Positions 1 through 12,398 of a stretch of DNA of 32,836 nt are shown in pieces. The position numbers and the translations under genes are program-made. The DNA comes from Octopus bimaculoides (taxonomy: Eukaryota): NCBI RefSeq assembly GCF_001194135.2, contig NC_068989.1, forward strand, positions 58,848,659-58,881,494. The letters are read 5' to 3'. Position 1 is the stretch's first letter; each line of letters starts with the position of its first letter. The notes under the pieces were generated by a model that worked only from the letters and a program-made list of their open reading frames with translations, was not told where the DNA came from and searched no databases.

Positions 1-1
1 A

Positions 2-64
<63 letters not shown>

Positions 65-80
65 ACACACACACACACAC
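1..80. repeat. (AC)n microsatellite
   Basis: Near-perfect AC dinucleotide run at the window start. Confidence 0.95.
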
Positions 81-2094
81 GACTATACAAATATGTTAGT
101 AATAATGGACAAATGAAAAAGTTCTTGATACTGCAGTGTATGAATAATGATACTGTAGTGTATTCAGTTGAAGGTCATAACGTTACTTTTTAAATCAAAC
201 TGAATTTTGGTCTTAATCACCTCTACTGGTATTACAGTTCGAATTGAGGTTTATAAAATGTTCATTCATATTAGATAAACGCTGCAGCTCTTCTGTGAAA
301 TGAATTTAGGACAAAAATAATATGGCAAGGCGTCGGATGGAAGCTTTTTCTCTCATTAGCTCAAGTTTTGTTTTGATCTCGCATTATAACAAACGTTAAT
401 TAGCATTAAATTCTGAGTTTCATATGACTGAGAACAAAAAAAATCTCTCTCTCTCTGTAAATCTCTCTCTCTCTGTATTAGATTTAGAAGGTAAGTGATT
501 GCAAGAACCTGTCTACAAGAAGTAAGAAAAAAGCAAAGGGACTATGTGGAATTATATGAACGGAGTTCCAACGAAAAGCTGATGCTAATTTAATACAATT
601 TTACTTGATGAGTCAATATAGAGGGAATACTACGCTGGGTGGGGGAAAAGTAAGGCACTAGTACTACCAGAGGCAGTCTCCTTGGCTTACTGTTTCCTTA
701 TTTGTTTTCTAAATAGATACCTTATGATTTTGAAACTGTGTTGGAGTATTAAATAAAGGCACTGTGTGTTAGTATAAAGAGGTGCTTTCAATGGACGGTT
801 CTGGGAGTATATACGCCAGTCAAATTTCACGAAGGGCTGTGCTAATATCGTATTCTTTTAGTCCAGTAAAAGATTTATAACAGCTAACATTTACATCCAA
901 CCTCGAATGCACATGTATCGGCAAGTAACGACATCTTAGGTGGGATCAGTTTCCTGTTAGCAGATCCTAGATTATATGAAATTCTCGATTTAATTAAGTT
1001 TTGGGATAACGCTGAAGAAAACGAGATGTAATAATATAATAAGAAGGCATTCATTCGTTACCTTGCGGACTGTGATCTTAAGAGACATGTGATCTGTGGA
1101 AACGCGCTTAGCAATGCATTAAAATATTTATAAATTCCATCCAAGGATTATTGTTATTATTGCTATATTTATCCTATATTATATCGGTACAGCTCGATGC
1201 AACCCCCAAAAAACTGGTTCACCGGTCAGCATCATTAAACTGTGGCCGGCACAATCAAATAGGAGCTTTATTTGCATATTCAAAACGTTTCACATAAACA
1301 AATTTAAACGATATATATATATATGTCATGATGGATATTTGAGACGAAAAGATCCTCCCTCTTTAGTATTCTGTCAATGGAAATAGGGAGAAATAGGGAG
1401 AAAAAACCTCTGCATCAACTCATTGCTGGATCAGATCTTCTGTGCCCAAAGACTATTGCACTACAACCATAACGATTGTGGTGTAGTCAATACAAAGGCT
1501 GCTAGCTGTTTGGGGTACAAAATCGTAAGGATCATCTATGATGTGGCTTTACAAATTGAAAAGAAAGATAATTATATCTAATACCTCGTGAAAGAAAAAA
1601 AACAAAAAATCAAAAAAGAGAAAGAAACTATTCTTCCGATTTTTAAGCAATCATGGCTTGGAAATGAAAATCATGGAAGTGTGAGAACTGAAACAAAAAT
1701 AATCATTAGTGCATGTTCTTTCAAGATCTAACAGACAAAAATCACTTGAGATGTCTGAGAAAAGATTTCAAAGACTTCTTCACATACAAAGCGGATATTC
1801 TTAAGCACAGCATACATCCTCTGAAGGTTGTTGACTATTCTGTAAATATTCTAAAATGAAGCCTCATGTAAGCAAAAAACCTCACAAAATACTTTAAATG
1901 AAATCCTACAAAAATACCGTAGTATCATGAAACAAGAAAAACGTAACTCAAAACCTCACACACCCAAATCGTACAATGTTGAAGCTCGGTGGTACACGGA
2001 AAACCTACACAAGTTTTATAATGCTAAAGATAACATAACATGTATATATGCCGATACGACCACTTTAAACTTTGCCTTGTATTCATATATTCAA

Positions 2095-2097
<3 letters not shown>

Positions 2098-2165
<68 letters not shown>
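2098..2165. repeat. (AC)n(AT)n microsatellite abutting an assembly gap (N 2166-2455)
   Basis: Direct reading. Confidence 0.9.
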
Positions 2166-2455
2166 NNNNNNNNNNNNNNNNNNNNNNNNNNNNNNNNNNN
2201 NNNNNNNNNNNNNNNNNNNNNNNNNNNNNNNNNNNNNNNNNNNNNNNNNNNNNNNNNNNNNNNNNNNNNNNNNNNNNNNNNNNNNNNNNNNNNNNNNNNN
2301 NNNNNNNNNNNNNNNNNNNNNNNNNNNNNNNNNNNNNNNNNNNNNNNNNNNNNNNNNNNNNNNNNNNNNNNNNNNNNNNNNNNNNNNNNNNNNNNNNNNN
2401 NNNNNNNNNNNNNNNNNNNNNNNNNNNNNNNNNNNNNNNNNNNNNNNNNNNNNNN

Positions 2456-2578
2456 TATATACTCAAGTACAACGGTCTTCTTTCAGCTTTCGTCTGCAAA
2501 CCCGCTCTTAAAGCATTCGTCGGACAAGGCCTGTAGTAACTGATATACTCAGAAGTGCACTTGGAGCAAGTGTTTTCT
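2456..2578 (-). mobile_element. Fragment of a tRNA-derived SINE (same family as 18379-18720)
   Basis: Reverse complement (..ggccttgtccgacgaatgctttaagagcgggtttgcagacgaaagctgaaagaagaccgttgta..) aligns by eye to 18480-18545 (cctcgggccgaccaaagccttgcgagtggatttggtagacggaaactgaaagaaaaccgtcgta). Confidence 0.7.
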
Positions 2579-2602
2579 ATTACATATATATATTCATACA
2601 TA

Positions 2603-2656
<54 letters not shown>

Positions 2657-3262
2657 ATACACTTCGGAGACGTCTTTCTTCTCTAGCATGTGATTTGATC
2701 TGAGTCCGTGTGTTGAAACTAAAGCCATTACAGCGTGGAAGGAACATAGAAATTCAAACACACAAAGACTGCTAACTTCACTTCAGCATTTATTATTTAG
2801 TGTCAAACGTCAAAACTTACTTCCTTTGCTCATTGATAAGATTCTAATGTTCTCAATATCCTTTAGGAATGCATCTTTAAGCAGGAAATTTATGCGAGTG
2901 CTTCATAAACCGGATTTCTAGGGGGGGGGGTCTGTCTGTCTGTCTGTCTGTCTGTCTGTATATACTAAACTAAGATGTCATACTGGAACACAGATGCGCT
3001 TCTGCAAATGTGCTTTCTTCCTAGAAGTAAAACCCAAAGCATTGTTACAGGGCAGTCGAATTACTTCGCCCCAGCGTAGCAGCACACTGACGCTGCATTC
3101 CTCCTCCTTTTAAAAGCTAGCAGCGGATGAATACACATGCCAACTTCCGCCCAGCCGAAGGGCGCGAAAACTTAGAATACAACCAGTTGCTGCTGAGCTA
3201 TTCAATGGTCAGTCAATGGTCAGTCAATTGAAGACCTCGACGCACACCATCTAGTTTATAGA

Positions 3263-4470
3263 AAGATACAATATAGATTTACTTGGGCTATAATACACTC
3301 GGGTACCCCGTATCAATGCCAACACTCCATATGCGGACTCTGCTTAAAAGAAGCCCTCAAAGTTTTAACCCATAACTCACCACAGTTGTTCAATAAACAC
3401 AACGAAGCCTTCACTGCATGTAAGCTCAAATTCTTCCGCACTTTTAAACTCTTTCATTAATCTAAATATAAGTTCACCCACCACGAATAACAACCACATA
3501 CAAACGTCCATGATCATTAGCACATAACCCCCTATATCTCTTCTACCTCTCCTATATCTCTGTATCTCTTCTATCTATCTTATCTCTTATATCGCTTCTA
3601 TCTACCTTACCTCATCACTTTATAAGATAAATATTAATTCTTTAATCTATCTTTAATTTATTTTTAAACCTTAACCTAATAAATTCCCTAATGTTTAAAT
3701 CTATCTCCTACTCCTAAATAATTTAACGTTCAACTAGTTCCTCTATTCTCGAATACCTACACACCCATAACCCCATTGTTAAAATTAACTCTACAGCCAC
3801 TGAACTTAACCAGAACGGACACAGATATTTACTTCTAGATTTCCTCCTCAAACCCTATAGACTAGAAGAATACCATTGGCACCTACTATCCTCTTTAAAT
3901 TCCTTTCATTTTGCCCTGTTTTAATTATTTATTTTTTCTTCCTTTACCTCCTCATTCTCTCTCTTATTTTCTCGGCTATCTTTGTACAATATATTCTTAT
4001 TGATGATTATATGATGATTATATACCTTACTCTATCCTAAAGCTAATCCTTAACTTCCCCCCTCACTCTATCCACCTCTCTATTTGCTTTACTCTCCTTT
4101 TACCACTTAATAACCACCTCCGCTACCATTCTGTTATTGAACGTTGATAAGTTGGCGTCTTTTTTTTTTTTCTTTTTTTGAATGTTTACAATATCAGGAC
4201 TTTAACCCACATGGATTGCGCCAAAGGACTTGTGGACTTATATCTACAACATCGGAAAGTTGAACTGCGAACTTTTATGCTTCTTTTTTCTTCTCTCTCT
4301 CTCTCTCTCTCTCTCTCTTCATCTCCTCATTCCTTTACTCCTGTCTTCTTTGTCGTCATTTTATTAATCTGTACCTTTCTTATTTTCCTTATTTGTCTCT
4401 GATGACGGAATATCCCATACTTTGGGACATCCCAGAAATAGCTGCAAGACTGAATTTTTTTCAAATAATA
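3263..4470 (+). mobile_element. Penelope-like element (PLE) 3' portion: C-terminus of a GIY-YIG endonuclease, pyrimidine-rich tail and hammerhead-like motif
   Basis: Open frame 3263-3460 KIQYRFTWAIIHSGTPYQCQHSICGLCLKEALKVLTHNSPQLFNKHNEAFTACKLKFFRTFKLFH* carries the W-x-I..Y..CxLCLxE..LxNKxxE..C pattern I associate with PLE GIY-YIG C-termini; followed by about 930 nt of C/T-rich sequence and a CTGATGA...GAAA motif. Confidence 0.7.
4395..4450 (+). ncRNA. Degenerate type I hammerhead ribozyme motif in the PLE terminal region
   Basis: Stem I GTCT/AGAC, CTGATGA at 4399-4405, stem II GGAATATCCCA/TGGGACATCCC (2 mismatches), GAAA at 4435-4438, palindromic AGCT in stem III; the cleavage region reads GCA instead of GUH. 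Confidence 0.6.
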
Positions 4471-4589
4471 ATAATGTATATGACTTGAGATGTTTGCCTT
4501 ACCTTAACGTTTGTTGTCCTTTTTAACAATTATATGTATATACATATATATGTATCATTTTATATGCTTATTGCAGACACATATGCATC

Positions 4590-4790
4590 CAAACATGCAC
4601 ACGCATACAATCTCACACTTCCGCACACGCATAACACACACACATCACACACACACACGACTCACACACGACACACACACACAAACACGACATACATACG
4701 ACACACACACATGCACACACACACATACACACACACACACACACACAAACACGACATACATACGACACACACACACACACACACACACCT
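4590..4790. repeat. Degenerate AC-rich compound microsatellite
   Basis: (AC)n interspersed with acacgac/catac units. Confidence 0.85.
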
Positions 4791-6432
4791 TACACTATTC
4801 GTCTTAAATTGTCGGCCATAGGAACTACTGTCAAAACTTTGACATGAATACCTACAAAATGCACAATGACGACCTCTTACTCTACAATACCACCCGACAC
4901 AGTGAATCATATTTGCACCCTTATACTATCTATACATTTCCAAACTACTGACTAATGATGAAAGGATGTTCAGCAGCAACTATTGCTAGTCATCTCAATT
5001 CCTCTGCTTTTCTCAACGGATTCTTTTACAGCTTTATCTCTCGTCTGTTTACAAATATTTCACTTTCTTTTTTCGTGACTCCCTTTAGTAACTTTTGCAG
5101 TCTTAACATTCAAAGTGTCAAATTATCGTATTTTCAAAGATTGTCAGCGTTGCATTTTTAAAGTCACATTTTGCTTTCTTTCCACACCCTTAAACACTAG
5201 AATACTTTTGTAATATATCTAAAACAAGATTTTACAAACGCAGATTAATATAATTTTTTCTTGGTGAATTTTTACATTCTTCAACGAACTCTTGTCTGCG
5301 TTAATAGTTAACAAAAAGGAAAACAAGTAACACGAAGAAAAAAAATGTATTTTCAAGGAGTGTTTGGAATATTTTCTATTAGCTGTAACTTGCTGCTTAA
5401 AATCTAGTGTCACCGATTATACTTGTGGTACATGGAACATTTCAATCATCAATTTCGAAAAGAACAGAACTTACCTATTTTGAAACCATGTTCTGCCTAA
5501 ATGTGTTTTCCTTTATTTTAGAATCAACTGTAAGGAAGCAGTTTTCAAATAAAATTAACTGACTCATTATCGAGATTTATGTTGTATCTATAGCCTTTAC
5601 GTGCTTAGAGAACCACTTCCAAAGAAGAATCACTCCACGTTCTCTGGAAAGTTTATAAATTCTTATGACGTCAACAACATATAATTCTCGCTGGTAAGAA
5701 TTGGATAAAGAAATTCACAAGATTGCTTTGGTGCAATAAAAGAATTTTTGTCACGTCAACAGGAGACGTAGCCTCGTGTCTCACCGATGCCCTTCAGCTT
5801 TTTTCTATCTAAAAGATGTTTTCAACACAATATTTAAATGCTATTATTTATAGCATTCTAATTCCCAAAAGAAATTTTTTTTGTTGCTTTTCACAACAAA
5901 ATTATTTAACTCGTAAACACTATTTTCCTCTATTTTACAAATTCCTTTGATTTCATTATTTTCTGAAACAAGCGTCAACGAAGAAAATTCAGTTGAAATT
6001 TCTACATATTTATTTAAAAAGTATCCTAGTTTTATACGTTAACTCATACATTCTAAAATACTTTGATGTTGATCAACAAATATTACCATTCACATTACAA
6101 TAATCTTAATTTGACTTAGAAATAATCAGACACTGTCAATTCCGCTTAATTGCATGATCTGCATGAGTGAATATGTTAGGTAAATAATTAGAATATGCAG
6201 TCAACAGAATTTGCAGAATGGGCAATAAATTAGTAGTAAGATATAGTAGATATTAGTAGCAAGAGTCGTTTGCAGTTAGATAGAGTAGATATGTTACACA
6301 TATGCACGCCACCTAATCAATGTTAACTTATCTATGTTACCCATAAGCAACTGCACCACATGGGTTATACATTCAGACAAGAATTTTATTTCTGCATACG
6401 TTATGTTTTGTATTATTTTATTATTTAAATAC

Positions 6433-6676
6433 AACGTATATGTTTAATGTTGAGCACTTCACAGACAAGGGTAACCTTAACATAATTCTCAGGGAGGTTC
6501 AGCGTGATACAGTGTGTGACAAGGCTGGCCATTTGAAATACAGGTGCAATCCGTTTTTGCCAAGTGAGTGAACTGGAACAACGGGAAATAATGCGCCTTG
6601 CTGAAGGACACAATGTCCCGCCTCGTATCGAACAACATTACAATTGCGAGACGAATACCTGTAAACACTACGCCAC
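6433..6676 (-). mobile_element. tRNA-derived SINE, decayed copy
   Basis: Minus strand starts gtggcgtagtg.. (A-box-like), then ..ttcgatac.. (B-box remnant) and tgtgtccttcagcaag.., followed by a conserved-looking body; the same head recurs at 12743-12830. Confidence 0.65.
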
Positions 6677-7409
6677 TTGTGTTTAATTTATGAGATTTTC
6701 ATCACAGATCAACTTGCCCCCCCCCCCCACCAATGATAGATTCGTTTGGTTTCCAACAATTTCCTTTGATGGAAACTAATCAGAAGCTAATTGATTTGTT
6801 CTAATGTTTTCTAGAGAAGAATGTGTCGTTTCCTCACACCTATTTCCGGAACTCAATTCAACAATTAATATATTAGAACGATAGATTTGTAGTTTAAATG
6901 CAGAAGTATGAAATCTGAAATGTCGCTATGACAGTTGGTAAATTGTGTATTTTTTCACTGTCTACCATTTCTAATTGCTGCTTTTTTATAAGAATCTCTC
7001 TCTGTTGACAGAAAGAGTATGATGTCTGTTGATGAGACAGTTAATAGTTACATCTTCGCCATCATCATCATAATTGTCGTTATGATTATCTGTTCTTGCA
7101 TCATCATTTATGAGCCAGGAAAGAAGAAATTTCCATTTATTGAGATGTTGTAATACATCAAAATACCAGCTTGACTCACATACAAAATGTTCTTCTATCT
7201 TCATTGCTGTAAAATCAGCCCCATTAATCTTTAAGTAACGTCCCTTGCTACACAATATGTATCTCATCATATGGCCTTTTTAAATTCGAACCATAGCACA
7301 TGCACACGCGTTCACATATGTGCGCACGCACGAGCACACATACATATAAGTTATGCATACTGTATAAGCGTGTATATGAGTATGTACATATGTATATATG
7401 TTTGTGTAT

Positions 7410-7844
7410 CCTTAGTCATTGCACGGTGATCGCCATAAGCTTTAATCTTATATGAAATACCATTATCATTATTTACAGAATTGTAAAAACGGCGCCGTAT
7501 AAAAAAACCATTCGCACCGAAAGCATATAGAAAGTTTGTTTACATATAAACACGAACTATCATAGTTCTTAAATTTGATAGAAACCGGTAGGCTGGTTCG
7601 CTGGCGTAAAGGTAACAAACCTAGTCGCGTTAACAAAAGAACGTGGGTTCGACTCCCACGCGGTTAGGAAAGCCTTCTTTTTTTTTTCTGTCGAGGGCTT
7701 ATATGCCCCCTTTATTAGACTATTTTCCTTATTCATTGTACGGTGATCGCCATAAGATTTAAGCTTATATAAAATACCATTATTATTTTGTACGGGATTG
7801 TAAAAACGGCGCCGTATAAAAACCATTCGCACCGAAAGTATATA
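7410..7844 (+). mobile_element. Repeat unit with about 120-bp direct repeats (7410-7529, 7727-7844) enclosing a tRNA-like Pol III cassette
   Basis: Both repeats contain cggtgatcgccataag...aaaaacggcgccgtataaaa..ccattcgcaccgaaag; offset 317 nt. Confidence 0.75.
7591..7687 (+). ncRNA. tRNA-like / SINE-head Pol III cassette (A box, B box, oligo-T); anticodon arm not foldable
   Basis: A box TGGCGTAAAGG 7602-7612; perfect T-arm GTGGG-TTCGACT-CCCAC 7643-7659; T-run 7678-7687. Not a canonical tRNA. Confidence 0.6.
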
Positions 7845-10185
7845 TATATATATATATATAAATATGAATGTGTGTGCGTGCACGCGTATGTATACGTATC
7901 ATAGCGATTTGCTTTAGCTGTTCTCGTGGACACAAGAATGAGGGTGTACATGGCCTTTTATATGTGCCTAAAGAACCGCGAAGCATGTCAAGAGAAACTC
8001 CTTCATTTTTCTGTGTACAAAGAGATTATGAAGACTGCGATATATCTCTATGTTATTCACGCGTCCTTCAAATCTCCTTCTGTTACATTACCTATAGAAC
8101 TCTAGCACCTTCATCCTTCATTTTCACTTCCATAACTGTCTATTTCATCATCTATGGGAGCTAGTCACTATTTGGGAGAAAAAGAACGGGGAGTGGTTCA
8201 TCATGATAGAATAATATACGTTGAATACTGCACTACACCAGTTCAATATTCTGGAAAATATAAACTCGAGAAGACAATCCTCGTGAAAAAGTCCAATCAT
8301 ACTAACACTAGAAAAATCATAATCAAAATAATACCTTTGTTCTCTCTATATTACGAGTAAAGCTAAAAGCATTGATTCTTCTAGCAATCCACTTACTCAA
8401 ACAGATTCGATGTGACGACCACTGCTTCTCATAGTAGATTATATAACAAACAAATTTCATTTGGCATATTTTCATAAGATCTTTTGTAGTAATTTGCTAT
8501 GTTTTTGTTGTAAAAGTACCACAATTATAGCAGCAATGTCTAGAATATATTTTTCATTCACGGATCATCATAGTTAATCAGCAACAATTTTAGTAAATGT
8601 TCTGAAAATATTAAATATTCCAGATATAACTAGTGAAAAATAGTTTGCCTTATCTTAAAACTAAGTTTTACTTCTCTACCAATGGCATTTTTGAAATCAA
8701 CGTCTCAAAAATTATTTCAGATCCATCAAAAAATCCTTTCAGGTGCAAATTCCTTGTCGACAAATTCTGTTTGACTACGACTTTATTAAAGTAAACTAAC
8801 TATTTACGTCTAACTTCATAATACATCATCTTAAAAGGAGCAACATATACATTACTCGAGCTTGTTCCTGTATAGTACATAAGATATTTCATTAACAGCA
8901 ATATGGCACGTTACCCTACCTTATCTCTGTTTCATAAAGAACGACATGTTTCCACTCCAGATGCACAAAGTAGGAGTCATGTGATATCCCGCCTGTCTTT
9001 TCATAAGATGATACTATAAAAAAGCATTCTGTTTTATAAATCAATTTATGATATAATGCTTAACTGTATAAAGTAGGACATCGTTGATTTGCTTGTTCCC
9101 TATTTATACGTATTTTATGAAATCCAAGACTGTGTGAAGGAATGATTATATTTTTCGTGTCTCCGTAAAGTGGATAAAATTTGTTGTTAGTTACTGGCGT
9201 AAATGAAGTTTGGTGTAGCAAACATATTTTGTTGGAAGACTGCATACAAGGCTAGAGTGTCATTAATTAATTACTAATATATAAGACTGACAATTAAATT
9301 TGATATTTGATCTTAATGGATTGGTATAGATTGTAAATCCGAAAGTGACACTTGACATTGAAGAATAGGTGTTAAATATTGGATGAACTCTAAAAAAAAA
9401 TGTATAACAACCAAGTAAATGCTGACATCCAGGGTTTTCGATTTCTGATCTGGCGTTGACACTTTCTTAATTTATCCTTCACTCAAATTTAATACTAAAA
9501 TATTTAACATGAAGAGAGATACCACAGTCTGAAATATCATTCAAAATATAAACACCATTTTCCCTTAACTATACAATAGTGCGTGTAGCATTAGGATTTT
9601 TTATTCCCATTCACTAGCCAACCTACTCTTTTATTATCAGGAATTTAACAGCACTGAACAATGTACTTTCGATATATATAAAACTCTTGAACCTAATATT
9701 CATTAAAATTGTGTGTCAGTAATTTTGATATTTTAGTATAAATCTAACATGTCCAACGCAATTCATTGACTATATTTGCATTTAAAGATCGAAACAAGTC
9801 AAAACATAAATCAGAAGGTACTTTGAAATTAATATTTGTCCAGGAAGCTTTTGTAATCAAGAGATAGATCCATCTAAAAAAGTGTAGTCATGTAATGACA
9901 ATCAGCCAGTTTCAAAAAAAGCCAATGCTTTGTTGAGATGGTTGAGGACACATTCTGTCTTCTTCAAAGCTGAAGAATATTTTTCTTAATTAAATTTTGT
10001 TTAGTTACATTATTTGATTGTAGGAAGAAGGTCAACTTCAGGTTAAAACAGAGAATAACAAAGACGTTTCTCATTGAGATTTAACCCAAACTTACATTAT
10101 GGTGTGTAGAATTTCTTAACCACACAGCTCTGCTCTGTTGAACAAATAAATTTGTTTAATGTATAACAGCAAGACATAGACATTA

Positions 10186-10791
10186 ATATTAGTTTCAAAT
10201 TTTGATATCAGACCAACAACTTCGGGTTAGGGGTAAGTCAGTTACATCGACCCCAGTACTCCGACAGGATGAAAGGAAAAGGGGACACTGGTAGAATTTG
10301 AACACAGAACGTAAAGACGGACGAAATATCGCTAACGATTCTGCCAGCTCACCGCTTTAACATTAACATGAATATTGGTTTCAAATTTTGGCAGAGGGCC
10401 AAGTTCGGGGGAGGGATTAAGTGGATTATATCGACACTAGTGTTCAACTGGTACTTATTCTATCGACCCCGAAAGAATGAAAAGCAAAGTCGATCTCAGT
10501 AGAATTTGAACTCAGAACGTAAAGACGAACGAAATGCCAGTAAGCATTTTACCCGAAGTCTTAACGATCCTGCCAGCTCGCTGCCTTAACATTAACATGA
10601 ATATTAGTTTCGAATTTTGGCACAAGGCCAGCAATTTCAATAGAAAGGGTTAAGTCAGTCACATCGATCCCAATGCTCAACTGGTACTTATTTGATCGAA
10701 TCTCGGAGGAATTTGATCTCAGAACGTAAGGGCGGATGAAATGCCACTAAGCACTTTGCCCGAGTGCGAACGATTCTGCCAGCTCACCGCC
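10186..10791 (-). mobile_element. Three head-to-tail tRNA-derived SINE copies (about 10186-10355, 10373-10585, 10602-10791)
   Basis: Each runs from tatt(a/g)gtttc.aattttg to ctgccagctc..cgc and carries parts of the core ..ggtcgac(t)ttgcttttcattctttcggggtcgata..aagtaccag (minus strand), resembling the Meta/Sauria-type SINE central domain (family name from memory). Confidence 0.8.
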
Positions 10792-11089
10792 TTAATTAAC
10801 ATGAATATTCACAAACAAAATAATTTTTTTTATTTCCATTGTCTTATGGCCACGTGATTAGATATCTACCATTTGTGTTTGGTCACATGATACTATCTAC
10901 TGTTTTCTCCGGTAAAACTTTTCTTCCTTTTTGAGATTGCTCTTATAAATATATATCCCATCTCGTTTGCACCAGCTGTTATGAATGCTGAAAATACTCT
11001 AAGTAACCAAAATTACGCTGTAACGTCCCCTTTTAACTTCTGTTCCACATAAACCAATAAACTCCTCTCTTACTTTCTTTCTCTCTCAC

Positions 11090-11420
11090 ATCCCCGTACG
11101 AAATTGCCATCCTCTTACAATTTTTCCAAGACAGTCACTTTTTTCTTCCCATGCAGTCACCTACACTTGAAGTGGATGCAGTCCTCTGCCTAGCTCAAGG
11201 CACCATTTGGACTGCTTAACGCCTGTCTCGTATTCGCTTGCCAGGAGACCAGGTTCCCTCCCCTCCCTTTCGTCGACACGGCTGCTTGAACAGTCTGTCC
11301 TCTACAAATTTCAGATTAGAGCAATTAAACTTCCTAACCACTCCAGTATTTACCCACATTCCATCCAACTTTTTTAAAAGGGACAAAATCTACACAGCCA
11401 TCTAATCAGGAACTCAGTTG
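11090..11420 (+). mobile_element. Possible decayed L1/Tx1-type LINE ORF2 3' fragment
   Basis: Translates ..AVLCLAQGTIWTA*RL.., reminiscent of the L1/Tx1 C-terminal LAKxxIWxxR motif; stops and frameshifts present. Confidence 0.25.
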
Positions 11421-12398
11421 TCCCTAGCCACGTTCAACTTGTAATCTATATCTTTGCTGTCCCCGATGATTCTATATCTCCGGAACCACAGTTCTACAAG
11501 GCTGCAAGTTTACGTGTTTTGGGGCGTGTCACCGTACGATCTTCAGACGAGAGATATAAAAAGACTTCTGGGCCTTGCAGGAGTGTAAATGAAAGGGGGT
11601 AATGAAGTAGGACATTGTATAAAGAGGGCTCTAAATCACACTGAATGCCAAACAGCTCAGAGTTTAATCTATTGAATGAAATATGTTATGAAATACCATG
11701 AGATTGATTAGAACATCTGAGGAGGTAAGGTACAAAGTGTTCATAATCAGCCAAATTGACAGGAATATCAAATATCCTTGTAAGGTCCACAAAAGTAAAA
11801 TACATAAACTTCTGGTGTGTCACACATTTCTATTCTATTGCAGATTACAAACTGAGGTTTGCTAGGGTAGAACATGCACTAATTCTCAAGAAAATTTCCA
11901 TTAAAACTATTGAACCCTTTTAGATCAGTATCAGTGAATGAAATAATGTAATGAGCACATTAAAAAAATGACGAAGGGCGATTGTTCAAGAGAAAACATT
12001 TGCGACATCTGATCAATGCTGGTTTTCATGGCATTGTGATGTTTCAAGCAATTTTCTTCAGTATTGACACTATTCTGGGGAAATGCTATTAACTCTGGAT
12101 TATTGAAAAAATGAGCTTCTTTTTGTAATATACTCTTCTACCAGGCGAAATGAGTATATTATTCAAAGAGAAAGGTACATAAATTGTTAATGCTTGATGA
12201 ACTATTTGACTTAGTGAACTGAAAAATACCGATGCAATAATCGATTTTCAGATTATCTTATTCTGTTAGATTACAGCAGTGGAAATTGTAGCTTGATAGC
12301 TACGATCAGTATACACGCACACTGCACTACAACCTAGCTTTATTGAGCTGATATTATTGCCATCGTACTTCCTATTACTAATATATCGATTGAAAGAA

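Noticed and set aside
1927-2652. Long ORFs with HTHT/YIYI/CVCV runs (also near 4500-4900, 12500-13400, 18600-19000, 22200-22600, 23450-24200, 30850-31060)
   Set aside because: Translations of microsatellites and N gaps; not coding.
5522-5529. 8-nt segment between ttttcctttattttAG and GTAAGG
   Set aside because: Not a multiple of three, weaker donor and no supporting neighbouring exon; the nearby donor at about 5694 has stops in all frames.
6986-7270. 94-aa minus-strand ORF (..GRYLKINGADFTAMKIEEHF..)
   Set aside because: No recognisable motif; the Asp/Asn-rich part is the antisense reading of ATC repeats.
8440-9290. Stretch whose + strand translations look protein-like and partly hydrophobic
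   Set aside because: Stops in all frames and no family motif I can recognise; could be an old pseudogene or TE, needs BLASTX.
12030-12062. Minus-strand CTGAAGA..GAAAC (similar partial cores at about 9970, 11545 and 16510)
   Set aside because: No stem II/III pairing or UH cleavage site.
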